Below are positions 22,421-35,800 of a stretch of 64,000 nucleotides of DNA, one piece after another. The position numbers and the translations under genes are program-made. The stretch covers positions 1 to 64,000 of the forward strand of contig NMRA01000176.1 in assembly GCA_002633005.1 (NCBI GenBank), written 5' to 3'. The notes below the pieces were generated by a model. It was not told where the DNA came from and searched no databases. It saw nothing but the letters and a program-made list of their open reading frames with translations. The first letter of the stretch is position 1. Every line of letters begins with the position of its first letter. The stretch comes from Phoronis australis. Its lineage: Eukaryota > Animalia > Phoronida.

Positions 22421-23723
22421 CACCGATCCCCCTACCATTGCAATCAGGGTGACCAGAGCAGGGGTCGTCTATTACCAATTGCCTTCCGCTGCCAAACCGA
22501 CGTCTATTCGGATGAGCGTCACTCACCGCAGAAGCACTACCGCAGAAAATGACAGAAATAAAAACAAGCTAGCTTGTCAAATCTGATGAAGTCCATTGTG
22601 GCGAGTGTTGAAACTCAGTTTTTGAACAAAGTGCCTAAGACTGCTGTGACTTTGTCTAATATACATGTAACATAAGTGTTTCGGGTGTGGTTGCTTATGA
22701 CGTGTTAGCTTGTGATTGGGATCAACCTGCAAGCTGTCTGGCGGAACTCCTTGGAATTTTGGAACCACTTTGGCGCCAGGTTTCATTCCAAATTATATGT
22801 TAAAATTATTTCGAAGGAGTTTTCGCTACTTTGCATTACGCTTTCATCCCTACCTAAACATCTGCAACTTCAAGTTCGAATCGGCTCAACAGGCCTAAAA
22901 TAAAGCCTCGATGATCTCCACCCAGGAAACGCTGGAATCGTTGAAACTTTAAAGAGCTTTAGCTTTCACTTTTGTTTTACGCTTGCTTGAATTCTTTTCT
23001 GTTGAACATAAAGTCAAATCAGAACATCTGAGTCTCGACAATAAAACATCAGTGCCCACATCGCAATGTAATCACTCACTTCGGGGGCTGTGCTTTGGCA
23101 CTGAACCAATTGCAATCGTGTTTTTTTGAAAGACAGACCTCGATGGGCTTAAAATGTGCTTAAATTTGTGTTTTGTAGTAGCACCTTATCCGTGTAGAGA
23201 GCATTCGGTACAATTATTTACTCCAACCGTCATTCAGGGTTCAAGTACTTTGTCACGAAAAATAGCTTTAAAACAGTTTTAAATGAAGCCTTTAAACGAT
23301 TGTTACTTATTTCTTGCATTAATTCTGTCGTTTTATTGTTTCGTCAATTTAGAGGAACGTGATCGGTGACAGGCCGAAGCAAATTGGTGCACCAGGGAGA
23401 GGACAGGAATGGTCACGACTTGGGATGACTGGACTCTGTGACGACCACGGGACCCTTTATCCTTTGGTCTCCCTCTAGCTCCGCCGTGTCTGGAAAAGAA
23501 AGGGTCAGGTGGATGGTTTACCCAGGGCTTTACTTTAAGAGCAGACTGGAGAGTTTAACTACAGTACGATGTATCGCAGAGCCCTACAAATTGTATCGGG
23601 CTGTTTGTTGTTGATCCACATGAAAGATGGACTGACCAGGCGGACCATATCCATGCACTGAATCGGTGTCGACGTAGTGTGATGTTATGTGTTAACGCAA
23701 CGTCGTGCGTTCTAGCTGACCAG

Positions 23724-24105
23724 GGCCCGGGTTAAAATCTTTTTACTCGAAATGGAACTGGAAATTATATGTTTGGCATTTTTGCTCTACTATTGTGCAA
23801 ACTCAAGATAAGTGTCTCTTATTCTATGCTTGATTAAATAATGACTTACGTGGATAATTTTTTAGTCTTAGTTTGCAGTTGATAAACTCAACGTTAAGGC
23901 TAAAAGTTCGAGTTTAAACTCGAGTTTGTAGCACGAATATACGGGTCATCAACTGCAAACTTGGACTAGATACGCATATGCGTAAACTATAATGTATTCG
24001 AGCACAGTCTAATAACCACTTATATTGAGTTAGCACAAAAGCAGCTGAGAACTTGCCAAAAATAATTTCGAGTTCGTTTCGAGTACAAAGATTAGATTCC
24101 GGGCC
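23724..24105. mobile_element. Palindromic PIF/Harbinger-like MITE
   Basis: cag|GGCCCGGGTTAAAATCTTT...AAAGATTAGATTCCGGGCC|cag; 3-bp duplication CAG; arms pair along most of the length. Confidence 0.8.
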
Positions 24106-25579
24106 CAGATGTTTGTTTACCCAACGCTATAATATTATTGTACAATGTAGGCCAGTGGCACATCGCCAGGCGAATGGCAAGGACACGTTCGGATGGTGAA
24201 GGTCAGGGTGCTATCTGAGCTCAAAACAATGGTGTCAACGAGGGAGATTTCCGACTAAACTTGCTTCCAAGAATTTGCTCAAAAAACTTTTGTATTCACG
24301 TAACAGTAGAAACAATATGCAATAGAATCATTTGCTATATTAGGTGCAATTTTTGTGCAATGAGCCCCGCAACTATTTACTGGCCTTTGTATTCGGATTA
24401 CTTTTGCGGCAAATTTTGACACTAAACATTGTCATGACCTCGGCAGAGGTTGGCGGGCGTGGAGCTGGGATATACCCACCAATTTGAAGAGTGGGCTCGA
24501 AAAAGTTTCTGTTTCAGACACAACATAATTTGTAGGCCCAAAATTTAAAAACTCAATCTTCTGTTAGGGATTCTTGGACAACAAAATTTGTAGCTCGTTA
24601 AGCTCGAAACAGCACAAGAAGTGACGCCATGATGTCAAAAGTGAGTGCATTTTTGCAGCCCAGTTTTAAACACGCAGATAAGCCATGCTTTAGATTTGGA
24701 CTGTTAAAAATGAACGCTTTTGCAACGAATTTTTATCGAAAAGGTCTCATTTGTAGGTATTAGACTTATTCTGAAAGATCCACTCCTTCGTGGGAAAATG
24801 TGCCCAAAAAAGGCAATATTTCATAGGAAAATTGGTCGTAAAAAATCCACTGGTCTCAGAGCCGTACAACAGTACACCTCCTCTTTAGGGTTATCCCCGA
24901 GGTCACGATTTGAATAAGGATTTTTTTTAAATTGTCAATGACTTGTATGCGTATCAGATGTGAGCCGGGGGCAGTCATCTTTTAGAGTGATATGTCTGGT
25001 CTTTTAAGTCCGGGCGATGTTACATGTAAGTAGGACGAAATGAAAACATGTGACTAGTGACCACGTGTTTATACATGGAGTTAGAATTCTGATCCCTTTT
25101 TATATGTGGAAAGAGGGCTTAAAATGTGCTCCATATTTATACCTAGTCTGGAAAATGTTTAAATATTATCACTTGCTAGCAGGAAGTCGCTACGTTTTCC
25201 CATCACTCCATCATGCCGTGCAAGACCGGAACATAAATGTCAAACTATAACGACACCTCCAAATTTATACCAAATTGGTAAAAGTCAATCCAAATCGAAC
25301 AAGATCACCCATCTCAGCGGTATGTCCTCATAACCCGCGTTGCATTGACTGCCCGTCGGGTGGTAACCCCCTGCTAAACTACAAATGACTTCAAAACTTC
25401 CAGATAAAATTGATAAACTTTTGACTGGCGGTGATTCGGGAAGTTGAACCGGGAATATTAATTGTCCCGGTATGTATTGTATCGATTATTATTTAATAAA
25501 TATGGTAAGACCATAGCTGGAGACAACCAAACTGATTCCTAACAGCGTCGTTTTTTAGGTAATTGGTGAACTTATGAAG

Positions 25580-26065
25580 TATGGAACGTGAAAGGTCGTC
25601 AAAAATATCTTTTGAACAATTCCTGTGAGTTCCATCTCGCAACGTCTAGTACAGAGCAATTCTCTTTTCTCCTTGAGAAAATTTCCAGAAAAAAATCACA
25701 AAATTCACGATTTTTGAAATACACCCGAAGGAAAAACTGTGGTTATCACTGCGTTTCAAATCCCCCTCCCACTTGATAAATGAGCTCACAGTCAGTTGCT
25801 TGAAGTCGCTTGAGGTCAAAGGCCACATTTCCATTTAGGGAAATGGGCTACGTCTATGTCTTGCCGTACCAACTAAGGATACGTACTTTGCCTTGGGGAA
25901 GAAAATTTGACGAAGTGGCGAGCAGTTAACAGATATTTTTTGAAATTTGAAACTAAGAGAAAATACTTCGATATGAACAGAAATTAAAAATCTTTACGAA
26001 CACACTCTGAAAATCGTTCCTGGTGAGTAGGTTTAATTCTGTTTCAGTGGCAGAGAAAAAATTTA
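25580..26065. mobile_element. Inverted copy of the 47775-48274 element family
   Basis: e.g. gctcacagtcagttgcttgaagtcgcttgaggtcaaagg is approximately the reverse complement of cctttgacctcaagcgacttaaagcaactgcctgtgagt. Confidence 0.8.
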
Positions 26066-29000
26066 AATATTGAATTTTAGACAAGTCTTTTAGTTTTCTA
26101 ATATTCCTTAAAGGTATAACGAAATTAATTTTTTCTATATGGATGTAAAGAACTCAACCCACATGAAAATAAGATTTTATTCGAAATAGTATCAAAATTT
26201 CTTTTTAATATTAAATCTTTTTGTGTAAGTGGATTGAATTGTTTTCGTGTAAAATAACTTATTGTGTATAAAAATTATTAATTTACATTCGTAATCATAT
26301 GTCAATGTAATCTTAACATCAGTTTTTTAATTTATGTATTTGTGTAAAATAATTGTATACAGATTTCTTTGTATTTATTTAGCCCAGATACGATGCCTCT
26401 TGGCGCTTTCTGGGCATGTATATTCATTGTACTGAAGGTTTCATGATGAGCATTAAAAAAGTCTATTAATCGAAATCCTGACGATATTTTGCTGTGAATT
26501 AACCTTTCTTCAAAACGAAATTTTGACTTAAAAAAGGTGTGACACATAAATATTAAATATATTTTTATAACCACTGATCTCAAGTTGTTTTCTTTCAGAA
26601 AATATTCAATTTTATTAGCTGACAAAGCCTACTTTTTTGATATACTAGTTTGAATGGAGGCTACTAAATAACGTCTGAGATAACCTTAAACAAACATTTC
26701 AGCAATATTTGGAGCTATTTCAACTCATAAACTATTACAGCTACTTTTGGAATGAACCACAATACACGTAACACGAATAAATTCGGAAAATTTCTTGAGG
26801 GAACCTACAAATCCCTGTTGTGCCACATCACTCATGTTCATCCCGCCTCCCGTTCAGCAACGCTAGGACCTCGCTAAAAAGCAAGACTTCGCGAAATTAC
26901 GTGATATATTGCCGTGCATTTGAAATAAGAACACGTGACTTTGACTATATTTTACCTAGGTCCTAGAGTCTACTGAACGCACGCCAGATGCCGTCAAGAA
27001 TCTGTGTGCAAGCCTTTTGGGATTGCTCATGGTATTGTGTTGATAAGCAACAAATTTGTTGGTTTTTGATTTACATGTTTATGTAGGTACGAAAATGGAT
27101 TATTATATACGTGATTTTTTCACATTTATAAGCTCATCTTGTAAAATTGATGATACTTCAGTGAATTAAGCTGCCAGATCAAAGGTGGGGAAATTTTTAC
27201 AATTATTCCGGTCAACCCCAATTAGCAAGGTACACTGGACGATTTTTGAGAATGTGAAATAACTCTCAAAGATATTGATGAATTCGAACAATTCTACAAG
27301 GTGTCTCGAAATGTGGTGACAATTCAAATTACAGTACATTGTGTTTTGACCCCTGTTTTGGTACTTCAAGTTCAAAACTTAGATAAAAAGTTATCAACCT
27401 GTTGCCGGCAAGAAAAAAACAAGTGGGTAGAAACATTAAAAATTAAATAAAGAAAACCAATATGAAACTTATCGTTCCTTTGGGAATTGGCCCTTAGTGA
27501 AGATAAACACAAGTTAACCTGTTTAGTCATTTTGTAATATTAATATTGTACTAAACTTCTCTCCAGAGTTGCAGATTATAACTCTGCAAATGTAAGAGAA
27601 AACCAAATAACAACAACCATTGTTGAGACAGTAATACTTACAATTACCTTTCCACTTCATTAGCTCAGATCTACTTCAATATAATTAGGGCGTGCTGAAT
27701 AGGCATCGTGACAATTGTCTGGGGCTTAGCGAATTAGAGCGATCACCAGCGTAAGCGAGAAATCCTCCACATGACCGGCGTGTACTGAATTTAAAAAAAA
27801 ATGGAAACGCACATACACTTGTGCACGCATTCATGCCATCTATCAATCCGGCCAAAACCAAAGTTGAAATCTGAAAATGCCTGCACTTTACCGTACTCTG
27901 CTACAACCAAAATGGCATATAACAAACATACTTTCTGCTCATTCCGGGTCGATTTTAAGGCCTTAACAAGGCACTACTTTTTGGAAGCTCTCTCGCTAAT
28001 ATATAGCCTAGTTGGGTATAGAAATTTACTTCTACACTCCCGTGTTACCCTAAGTTGTAGCCACCACGCGCGTTCAATGCCGATGAAAGATATAAAGCCT
28101 ACTCTTATAGTCTGCACGATAGACACCAAGCACTCACTCGGGCGAAGCTGACCGGGTACGGCCCGATGATTACGTGAAGAAAATTCAAAATTATTACTGA
28201 CTTATTTATAATTGTACTAGTTACTACCAGTAGCTGCAACAATTTTGTTGTTGTTGTCCATCTATTTCCGATCTTTAACGGATAGGCCAGGACTGGGCCT
28301 CAGTTTTCCGCGGGGGCCTGCAGACAGTGAGAAAATCAAGATTGACTGTAGGGTGCGATTTTCAAAATTGAATGTGTTCGTTTTACCGTTAAAGCATGTG
28401 CAGCAAATTTCACGACCAATGTCGGGTCTTCAGTGCACATGCGCTAGCTAGGTGTAGGCTACAGCAGAACGGCGTCGTTGGTGGTGTATATTGTTGGACT
28501 GCTGATCTATCGTCGGTTTCCTTTACTAGTCAACACATTGATGGAATATCGAAGTAACGAAAAAAATCACAATCTGCAGCAGATTGTAAGTTTGGATTGA
28601 ATCGAGGCTAAAAATTGAGCAAAATTTTCCGAATCCTCTTTCAGTTACAGCCAACGAAATGACTGATTAGTTTTCCCGTACAGTTTAAAATGTAATTTAG
28701 CCTTACTGAACCTTACTGAGGCAAAACTGGGTGATTCTGTGATCACTATATCTACGTTGATGTAACTAAAAATAATCGTCTCAAAAACCTATTGACGGGT
28801 GAATGTTCATAATGTAGAATTGTCGTAAGGGACGAACCTCAGGGGCCTCGCCGCTCCACTAGTGGTTTATAGGCCTATACACTAGTTTGAAAAGTCTTTG
28901 CCCAGTTACACATTTTGTGTCATAAAAGAGATAATGATAACTACAGCTGACGCGGCAAATAGAACTACTTTCGTTGATCAAATTGGTGTAGACTCACAGT

Positions 29001-30560
29001 AGAACTTTTTTTTCTGTTGAGCCCAGACCGTCCGGTGTTGCACCATATACTAACTCCGGACAGTCTCTCACGACGTACATGTATATGGGCCGCTGAGTCC
29101 GGTCACCGTCGAGATTCCACGAGAGCATCAAAAATACAATCGACCGCGTTATTCATTTGGAATGTCTATTCAGCTAGGAGGCGAACTCGTTTGTTATTTC
29201 AGGCCTTTTGATTTCACAAGTCTCTCTTCATTTCTTCGGTTTCGATACTCTGTCCGTCACTCCGACGTCAGGCGGCGGTCTTGAAAGCACTTCGCCGTCA
29301 GTTTAAGTTATTTCTTTCCCGATAGAGGTCTCTACTCAGCGTTGACATTGACGCCATGTTGTAAACATTTTCGCTTGACAAGTTTCTGTTCAGAAGTGAG
29401 TTTTTTACAGTGTTTTCGTCATTGATAAAGCTGTTTAAATCCCAAACACGCATTGCGTCTTTAAGTAGCGACCAATGGTTCTCTCGGATGATTTTTGGCT
29501 ACTGCATTTCTTCATACGTTTTTATTTTCTTGGGAAAAGTTGGTATCCAAGACGAAAACTGCAATGCAAGCCAATTGCATACTTAAGTATTGCCATTTAC
29601 TAATTAAGTGTCTCACTTCTACTAATACATGGCATGGGCGGCGCAGTACTGAAATAAGTGAGGGCTATAGTCCCCCAGCCTCCTATAGTGCGCAGCCCAA
29701 GTGACAATAGACAATGTGGTCTTGAACTTGATTTTAACATTTTGAATTGCTTGGGCTGAATGAATTAGCCTGGCTTGGTACAAAGCATTATTTCGTACCC
29801 TACTTGCTTGAACTTGACCCTACTCACGTGAAGTATATTGACAGTATGCAGCGACTTTTTGGGAAGATTTTTGTGCTTTGATGGCGAATTTGTTGGGAGC
29901 TCATTGGAGCAAGCCACTGTAAATGGTATTGGGAGAAAGATGATTTCCTCATGGTTTGTTGAACCCCTGTTTTGTGTAAATTTATAGGGTTTTGTGTTTG
30001 CTATGGCTGAATTGAAGCACCCGTTGAATTTCTGGTCTGGAGCATCATACCTTGTATATAGTGTATTAGGTACAGTCAGAAGCTGTGGACGTCTGTGGTC
30101 TAGACAGTGCTTCCAGTGAATCATAAAATTAGCCTCAACCATTAACGGGCAGTTGCCTATTAGTTGATATGGTTATCACATAGCAGTGCGCTCAATACTT
30201 TGATTGTCGGGTGGAATACTGGCCCCATTTCCTTACAAAAAAATTCTTAAAATCACGCGAAATTACACTGGTCACACCCGAATATTCCACTTCAAGGATT
30301 GAAAAATTGCCCTAGAATTGATGATAATTTTTCCAAAAGACTTCTTGGCTATTTGAGTCATTGCTGATGAGGGATGGCAACTGGGTGTTAGATTTATCGG
30401 GGTGACTGGGGAGTGGGAATCTTCCTCTAAACTAAAGAATTCTGCTTCTAGAAGACTTAGGCATGTTTCCCCTCTGGTGCTAATCTAAAATTTACCATTT
30501 ATTTCCATGGTGTTTTACATGTGGATCATGTTGAATCCATTCTCTGAGCCATGTAGCATG

Positions 30561-30718
30561 CAGGGGCAGATCCAGGATTTTGAGTTGAGGTGCAGGACAG
30601 AGTATTAGCGGGGATTTTACCCATCAGACATTCGTACCCCTGAATTGCCAAATGGAATGTGGGAGAATTTTAGGGGGGGGGGCATGGCCCCCTCGGCCTC
30701 CCTCTAAATCCACCACTG
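30561..30718. mobile_element. hAT-like MITE (CAGGGGCAGATCC...AATCCACCACTG)
   Basis: Termini similar to 13784-14019; internal match to 820-925. Confidence 0.65.
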
Positions 30719-30936
30719 ACATGGACGGATGCTGCAACAGTAGTGTGAGGGGCAGCTCTATTCAAACTGCAAATTCTGGCTTATAGCTAAATAAAATTCC
30801 CTACGACCGAGCACCTGCTATGGCAGAGCTGCGACTCATACCTCACCAATTTCATGTGCCACATGTGCTTTAGTACCAATTAATCAATGCTTTGGTCATT
30901 TTAACTCTTCAGTAAAACATCCTGCTCGCAGCTGAA

Positions 30937-31698
30937 ATGCCTAAAGCCGGTGCTAGCCAGATTACTTGCAATAGAAAGTTAAACAAAGTCCCGACAGTTA
31001 CTAATGGTCCGACTGGTTCTTTGAAGACGAATGTCAATGAGACCACCGTGCATGATGAGCCCCAGAGAGGTTGCTCCCAGTCCGATATGTGCGAGACTGA
31101 GACGGTTATTAGACACTGCCCTGCCATGGACTCGTCTGGCAACACAGGTGGCACTGCAAGTACTGAGCTAACAGGTGCTGGAACTTCACATCAGTGTGAT
31201 GGTCAGAGTAAGGCTAAGCACGTTTCATGTCGTCCAGGCGGGCGTGGCGCCAATGTGGGTGAAGCCCACAGTTCTGGCACCGTACAGTCATACCCTCAAA
31301 TGGTACCTACCCTTGTTGTTGGCGCACATCCGGGTAAGCTGCGTCACTCCATTGACGTAGGTTTCATAGGAACTAGAAGGCAGGACACATTCAAAGATCA
31401 TGGTTCAAACTCACAAGTCTGCTCCTTCCCAATTGCTAACAACATGCACGACCTTAGTGAAATAGAAGAAGATGAATGCAATTATGCGGAAAGGATTAAC
31501 AAACAACAGACCAAGCAACACCCCTCTCAAGTGATCCCGGATTCAAATTTATTGGCAGCACCTGACATGGTAGAATATTACCAGTTCATGGGCGTCTTCA
31601 ATGCTTCGTTACGTATATCCCACAGTCGGTCAAGATCTTCTATGCTCCGCTTGCCATCTAATATTAGGGCAAACACCTCAAAGGCCTCCCAATGGTAG
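30937..31698 (+). other. Unassigned 253-codon intronless ORF, possibly TE-derived
   Basis: Longest ORF not assigned to a gene; S/T/G-rich, no recognisable domain. Confidence 0.3.
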
Positions 31699-32762
31699 AA
31701 CGTTTGTTGCCTTATTTAATGCTCTGTAGTGTTTTGTTGTGTTGATCGCTGGTAACGAATCACTTACAGGGGTCCGGGATTTCGATAACCAGTTTGATGA
31801 CTGTTATTCAGTAAAGGAAACTGGTTCTCAAGAGCCAGAACCCCCTTAAGTTTAATGTTTGTTTTGCCGAATTCAGTTTGTTGTTCTTAAGGCCCCAGGT
31901 CCTAAGCTAATAACACTATGAAGCTGCAGGTTCATAGAGTGACACCACATTCTGTTGCGGGTGGTCGTTCAAACTTAATGCATTAGATGAGTATTTAACA
32001 ATGGGGAACGTCACGTGCACAAGGTCAGTGTTTTAAACAACCAATGATACTATAAATCATGTTGCACATGGGCCCAGAAATTAAAGCATGATGTGAACAA
32101 ATGTGACAGTGAACTCCATGTAAATATTGGCCTTGGTCATTACCTTTAACTGATCATCTGAACAGTGTTTAGTTATTTCTTAATCGCTAACATTTTCTTA
32201 GTCTGTCTCCACTCCACCAGTTGACCACATCACGTGACCTAGTATGTGACTTGTTCATATTACTTCATATTCATCAAAGAATTTGCAGAATTGAAGTCTT
32301 TTGATGACACATTCTCAGTTGTTTTTTGGCTTTATCACCCCACTTTCATTAAGAATTGGCAACTGCCTGGCTGGCTGGAGATTTTGAGTTTTGAACTGCA
32401 TGTAAAGACTACCAATACATGTTATTTTCTTGATTTTTATACCTGCTTTGATTCAAATGACAAGCTGTTCATCCATTTTTTGCTCATTGCGAGTAATGGC
32501 TTTTCATAAAGCCTCACAACAAGCAAATAGGATGTTGCAATTTAGTGCTAGAACATCTGTTACCTTCAAACGGCTCAATTTTGTAAAAAATTGGCGTACC
32601 ATTCCATACTTCATGTTTTGTACCCCTCAATTGAAGCTAGAGGAGGCTGGAACCGAAAACCTGAAAAAAGTAGTATTGAGGGATACCTGAAGTTTAAACA
32701 TACTGTCTGAATTATTATCATGTTTTTAATGCCACCTGTTGTCTGTTTACAGCTCTCAAACA

Positions 32763-32823
32763 ATGGAATGGTCTGAAACCAGCCATTATCAACTGGGAAC
32801 TACTCTGCAGGAGATTAGGGCTG
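32763..32823 (+). CDS. PP2D1: PP2D1 probable first coding exon (MEWSETSHYQLGTTLQEIRA)
   Basis: Acceptor tttacag|32753, ATG 32763, donor G|GTAAGT in phase 1 matching the next exon. Confidence 0.55.
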
Positions 32824-35800
32824 GTAAGTTAGTTTGGTGGACTACAGGATTTGTGTGTCCGGCGAAACTGAACTCTCCTTTATGTGGAGGTAGAAAAGGC
32901 ATTGATTGAGTGACCCAATTTTCAAAGTGTTGAGTGATTACAAAATGGTGAATGCCAATTTCTATTGCTGGTATAAGAGTGGCATAGATCAAATTTTTTG
33001 ATGAAGTTACAGCCTCTCTGGCAGCCATGAAGTTGTATTCTGATACAGCACACATCACAAATTTTTGTCCGACCGGTCAGAAATTGGTCGACGGCTGGTC
33101 GACGACTGGCCGTCTAGCCAACTAGCACTCAACCAACAACGGTCTGCTAGGAGCCGTCAGCTGAGTCGCCTCTGCGGTCGGCACTTGGGTTGGCAAAGTG
33201 GTCGCCTAGCATAGACGACCAATTCAGATTTTGTGTGTCCTTGGTCAGCAATTACCATTTTGTGACTTAGCGGGTGAACTTTGGCCAAACAAACATTTAA
33301 CTGTTCGCTGTTCATTTACCAGTGGCCACTTGACATGGGTTTATCAACTTTTGTTCATCTATTGAAAGGCGTTAAAATGGAATCAACCTACAAATACGAA
33401 TTGCGTGAGATTACACCAACGTAAACTTTATGTTAAATTGCTGACGGCGTGGTAAAATCAAGCGTTAAATGATATCAAAGAAACATAATTTCGAACTCTA
33501 GATATGAGACCTTTATAAATTATGCATGAAAAAGTTTTAGCAACCAAGAAATTTGAAATGTACAGTAATTTTGCATAAAATTCAGAATACTACGCTGGAT
33601 GTTTTACGACCTCAAGTGTTTTCATGCCGGGGAATTCTCAACACTACGTAGCACGCATTTGTGCTCATCCGTTATTGCTCTTGATCATCACTTCATCACG
33701 CTGTATATTGCACTTTCCCACAGATATATTAGTAGAGCAATTGAACAAAAGTTTATTTCGGGTGCAACATAAACAATCAGCGCAGATATTAAGATAATAT
33801 GGGCACATGGAAATGGAAGAATGTGATCAGTTATAGTGTCAGCCATGATCCATCATCATTCTGAATTTGTTGTCACTTTCGGAATAAAAAATCGTTTCGA
33901 ATTTAGAGCCTTCCTATCTAGCCAGCTAGCTGTTTGAAGACTATCGTCAAAATACAGCAAGGTGCCACGGTGTCACGCTCGTCACCTTGTCGTGAAACCT
34001 GTATCAACATGAGCTAAAGACCGGTGGGTGTGTATGCAAAAACTGGGAGTCAGTTGACACTCAACTTGCCCATTACTGTCGTTTAAGTGAAATATATCCA
34101 ACGTCATTTACTAAGCGTAATTCTCCGCCTTTTGAAAGAAGTACATTCGTGACACAGGCCACTTCCTGAATTTTTTCGTCATCTCCCATGATATGATGAC
34201 AACATCGCAGCAAAATTTGTTCTAAAATTCGGCTTACTGATATCAAAATTTTAAAAACTTATAATGAAGTGAAACCAATTCTAATCATTTGTTGTGACGT
34301 TTACGCAACCTCGAGGAAGACATTTCATTGAAGAATCTGGGAAAAAGAAAATGGCTAATAAGTGCAGATGCAATATTCCATTTCACCGAAAGCCAACGCA
34401 AATGATCACACCACTATTTTAGCAGTAGAGTAGTGGTAGAAAACCAAGTTTTGCAATGCCAGTAAATAATTTAGATTACTCAAGGAAGATTTTATTTGGT
34501 GAGTTTTTACCCACATCGGCGCAAAGTTGTATTTTTTTAAGTTAGTAAACAGCTTCGCACTAAGCCGAGCACCTTCCAAGCTCTTTGAAGTAAGAACGCA
34601 ATACTTTGTATTTCGCGTCTCCTCCAAGGGGTAAAACTCTAAAAATAAAATCTTCAGAGTAACTTGGTGCATGTAATCCTAAAGAAAAGTTCCCACGTAG
34701 TCTGCATTTTCATGTAGAGCGTAAAAGTGATTTACCCAGTGATTCGCAAACGAAAACGCATACAATTTTCAGTTCTATGACACAGGTTAAAAACAGCTTG
34801 TATAGGTTTAATGCACCTATTTTATTGGTCTCTAGGGCAATTCAAAACTCATAAGGGCCGGGTGCGATTTCAAACCTTTGGCATGACTCAGTGTTATAAA
34901 AATTGATTTCGACCGACGTTTATTCATCAACAATATTGACAGATGTTACAGACACTGACCGCTTTTGTTAACGTCTTGTGGCAATGATACAAATAAGTTT
35001 TGTATCATGACGATTGATAACAAGTTTTACTGAGATGAGGTATGATGCAATATGCATGTCTAATACTGTATACAGAGACATGAAGCTTGAAACGCTCTCT
35101 TATCATCCCTTGTAATTCTGTGGCAGTTTTCTTTCATCTGTTAGTCAATGAACGCACATGCGGTATTCAAATGTAGAATCTGGACTATCATACGGTAGTG
35201 TTTGTCCTGTTGTTTTAGTTCACGCTCTTTCCAAAAAATATGCAAATGATTGTTTGTTTTGAAAGCAGCGGAAGAATAATTGTGATCAGTTATAAATGTG
35301 AATGGCTTGTTGTACGCGTTCATGCTATTCACAGTTGAAAAGATATTACAATATACGTATGCCTAAGACCATGCTCCGAGTCAGTGACCCTGTAGTTGGT
35401 ATGCCGTAAACTTTGTTTATCTAAATTTTGAAGAGATGCTTTGTACTGGGCCTCGGTTGATTAATGTAGGGCCCTGACAACTCTGAAAATTTTGAAACCC
35501 AACTTAATTCTTAACGCATATACGCAAATACATTTTCTGCCCGCACGTACATTTGATGTATGACATGGGCACTGACTGAATGCATCGTCCAAACATTAGT
35601 TTTTGAAAATGCCCTCTAAAGTGGACTTTTTCAAAACACCGTGTTGGCTGTATTTGTGTAGAAAAGCAAATTGAACAAATTTGTACATGCTGCTCAAAGC
35701 ACTTTTGTGGACTTAAGGAAACGCCAACGTCTCTGTCTTACAACACTGCTTGTGCTTGACATTTCTGATAAAACGCTCTCATGCTGGAAGTTTTTTTAAG

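Larger units (their letters stand above)
15800..22596 (-). pseudogene. Stanniocalcin-like pseudogene (exon 1 22596-22388 frameshifted; exon 2 missing; exon 3 ~18011-17803; exon 4-like ~15882)
   Basis: Exon 1 has a 4-bp insertion (aagctagcttg) giving an early TAG. The copy-1 segment ~10580-11850 containing exon 2 is absent and replaced by a Gypsy remnant. Exon 3 is still open (RWLNYSRACVMRDLRTRY...). Confidence 0.85.
15170..22720. repeat. Tandem segmental duplication, copy 2
   Basis: Collinear with 7730-13470 apart from TE insertions and a deletion. Confidence 0.9.

Noticed and set aside
29100-29360. GC-richer minus-strand segment starting ATGGCG
   Set aside because: Multiple stops and no splice structure; probably a decayed TE fragment, unassignable.
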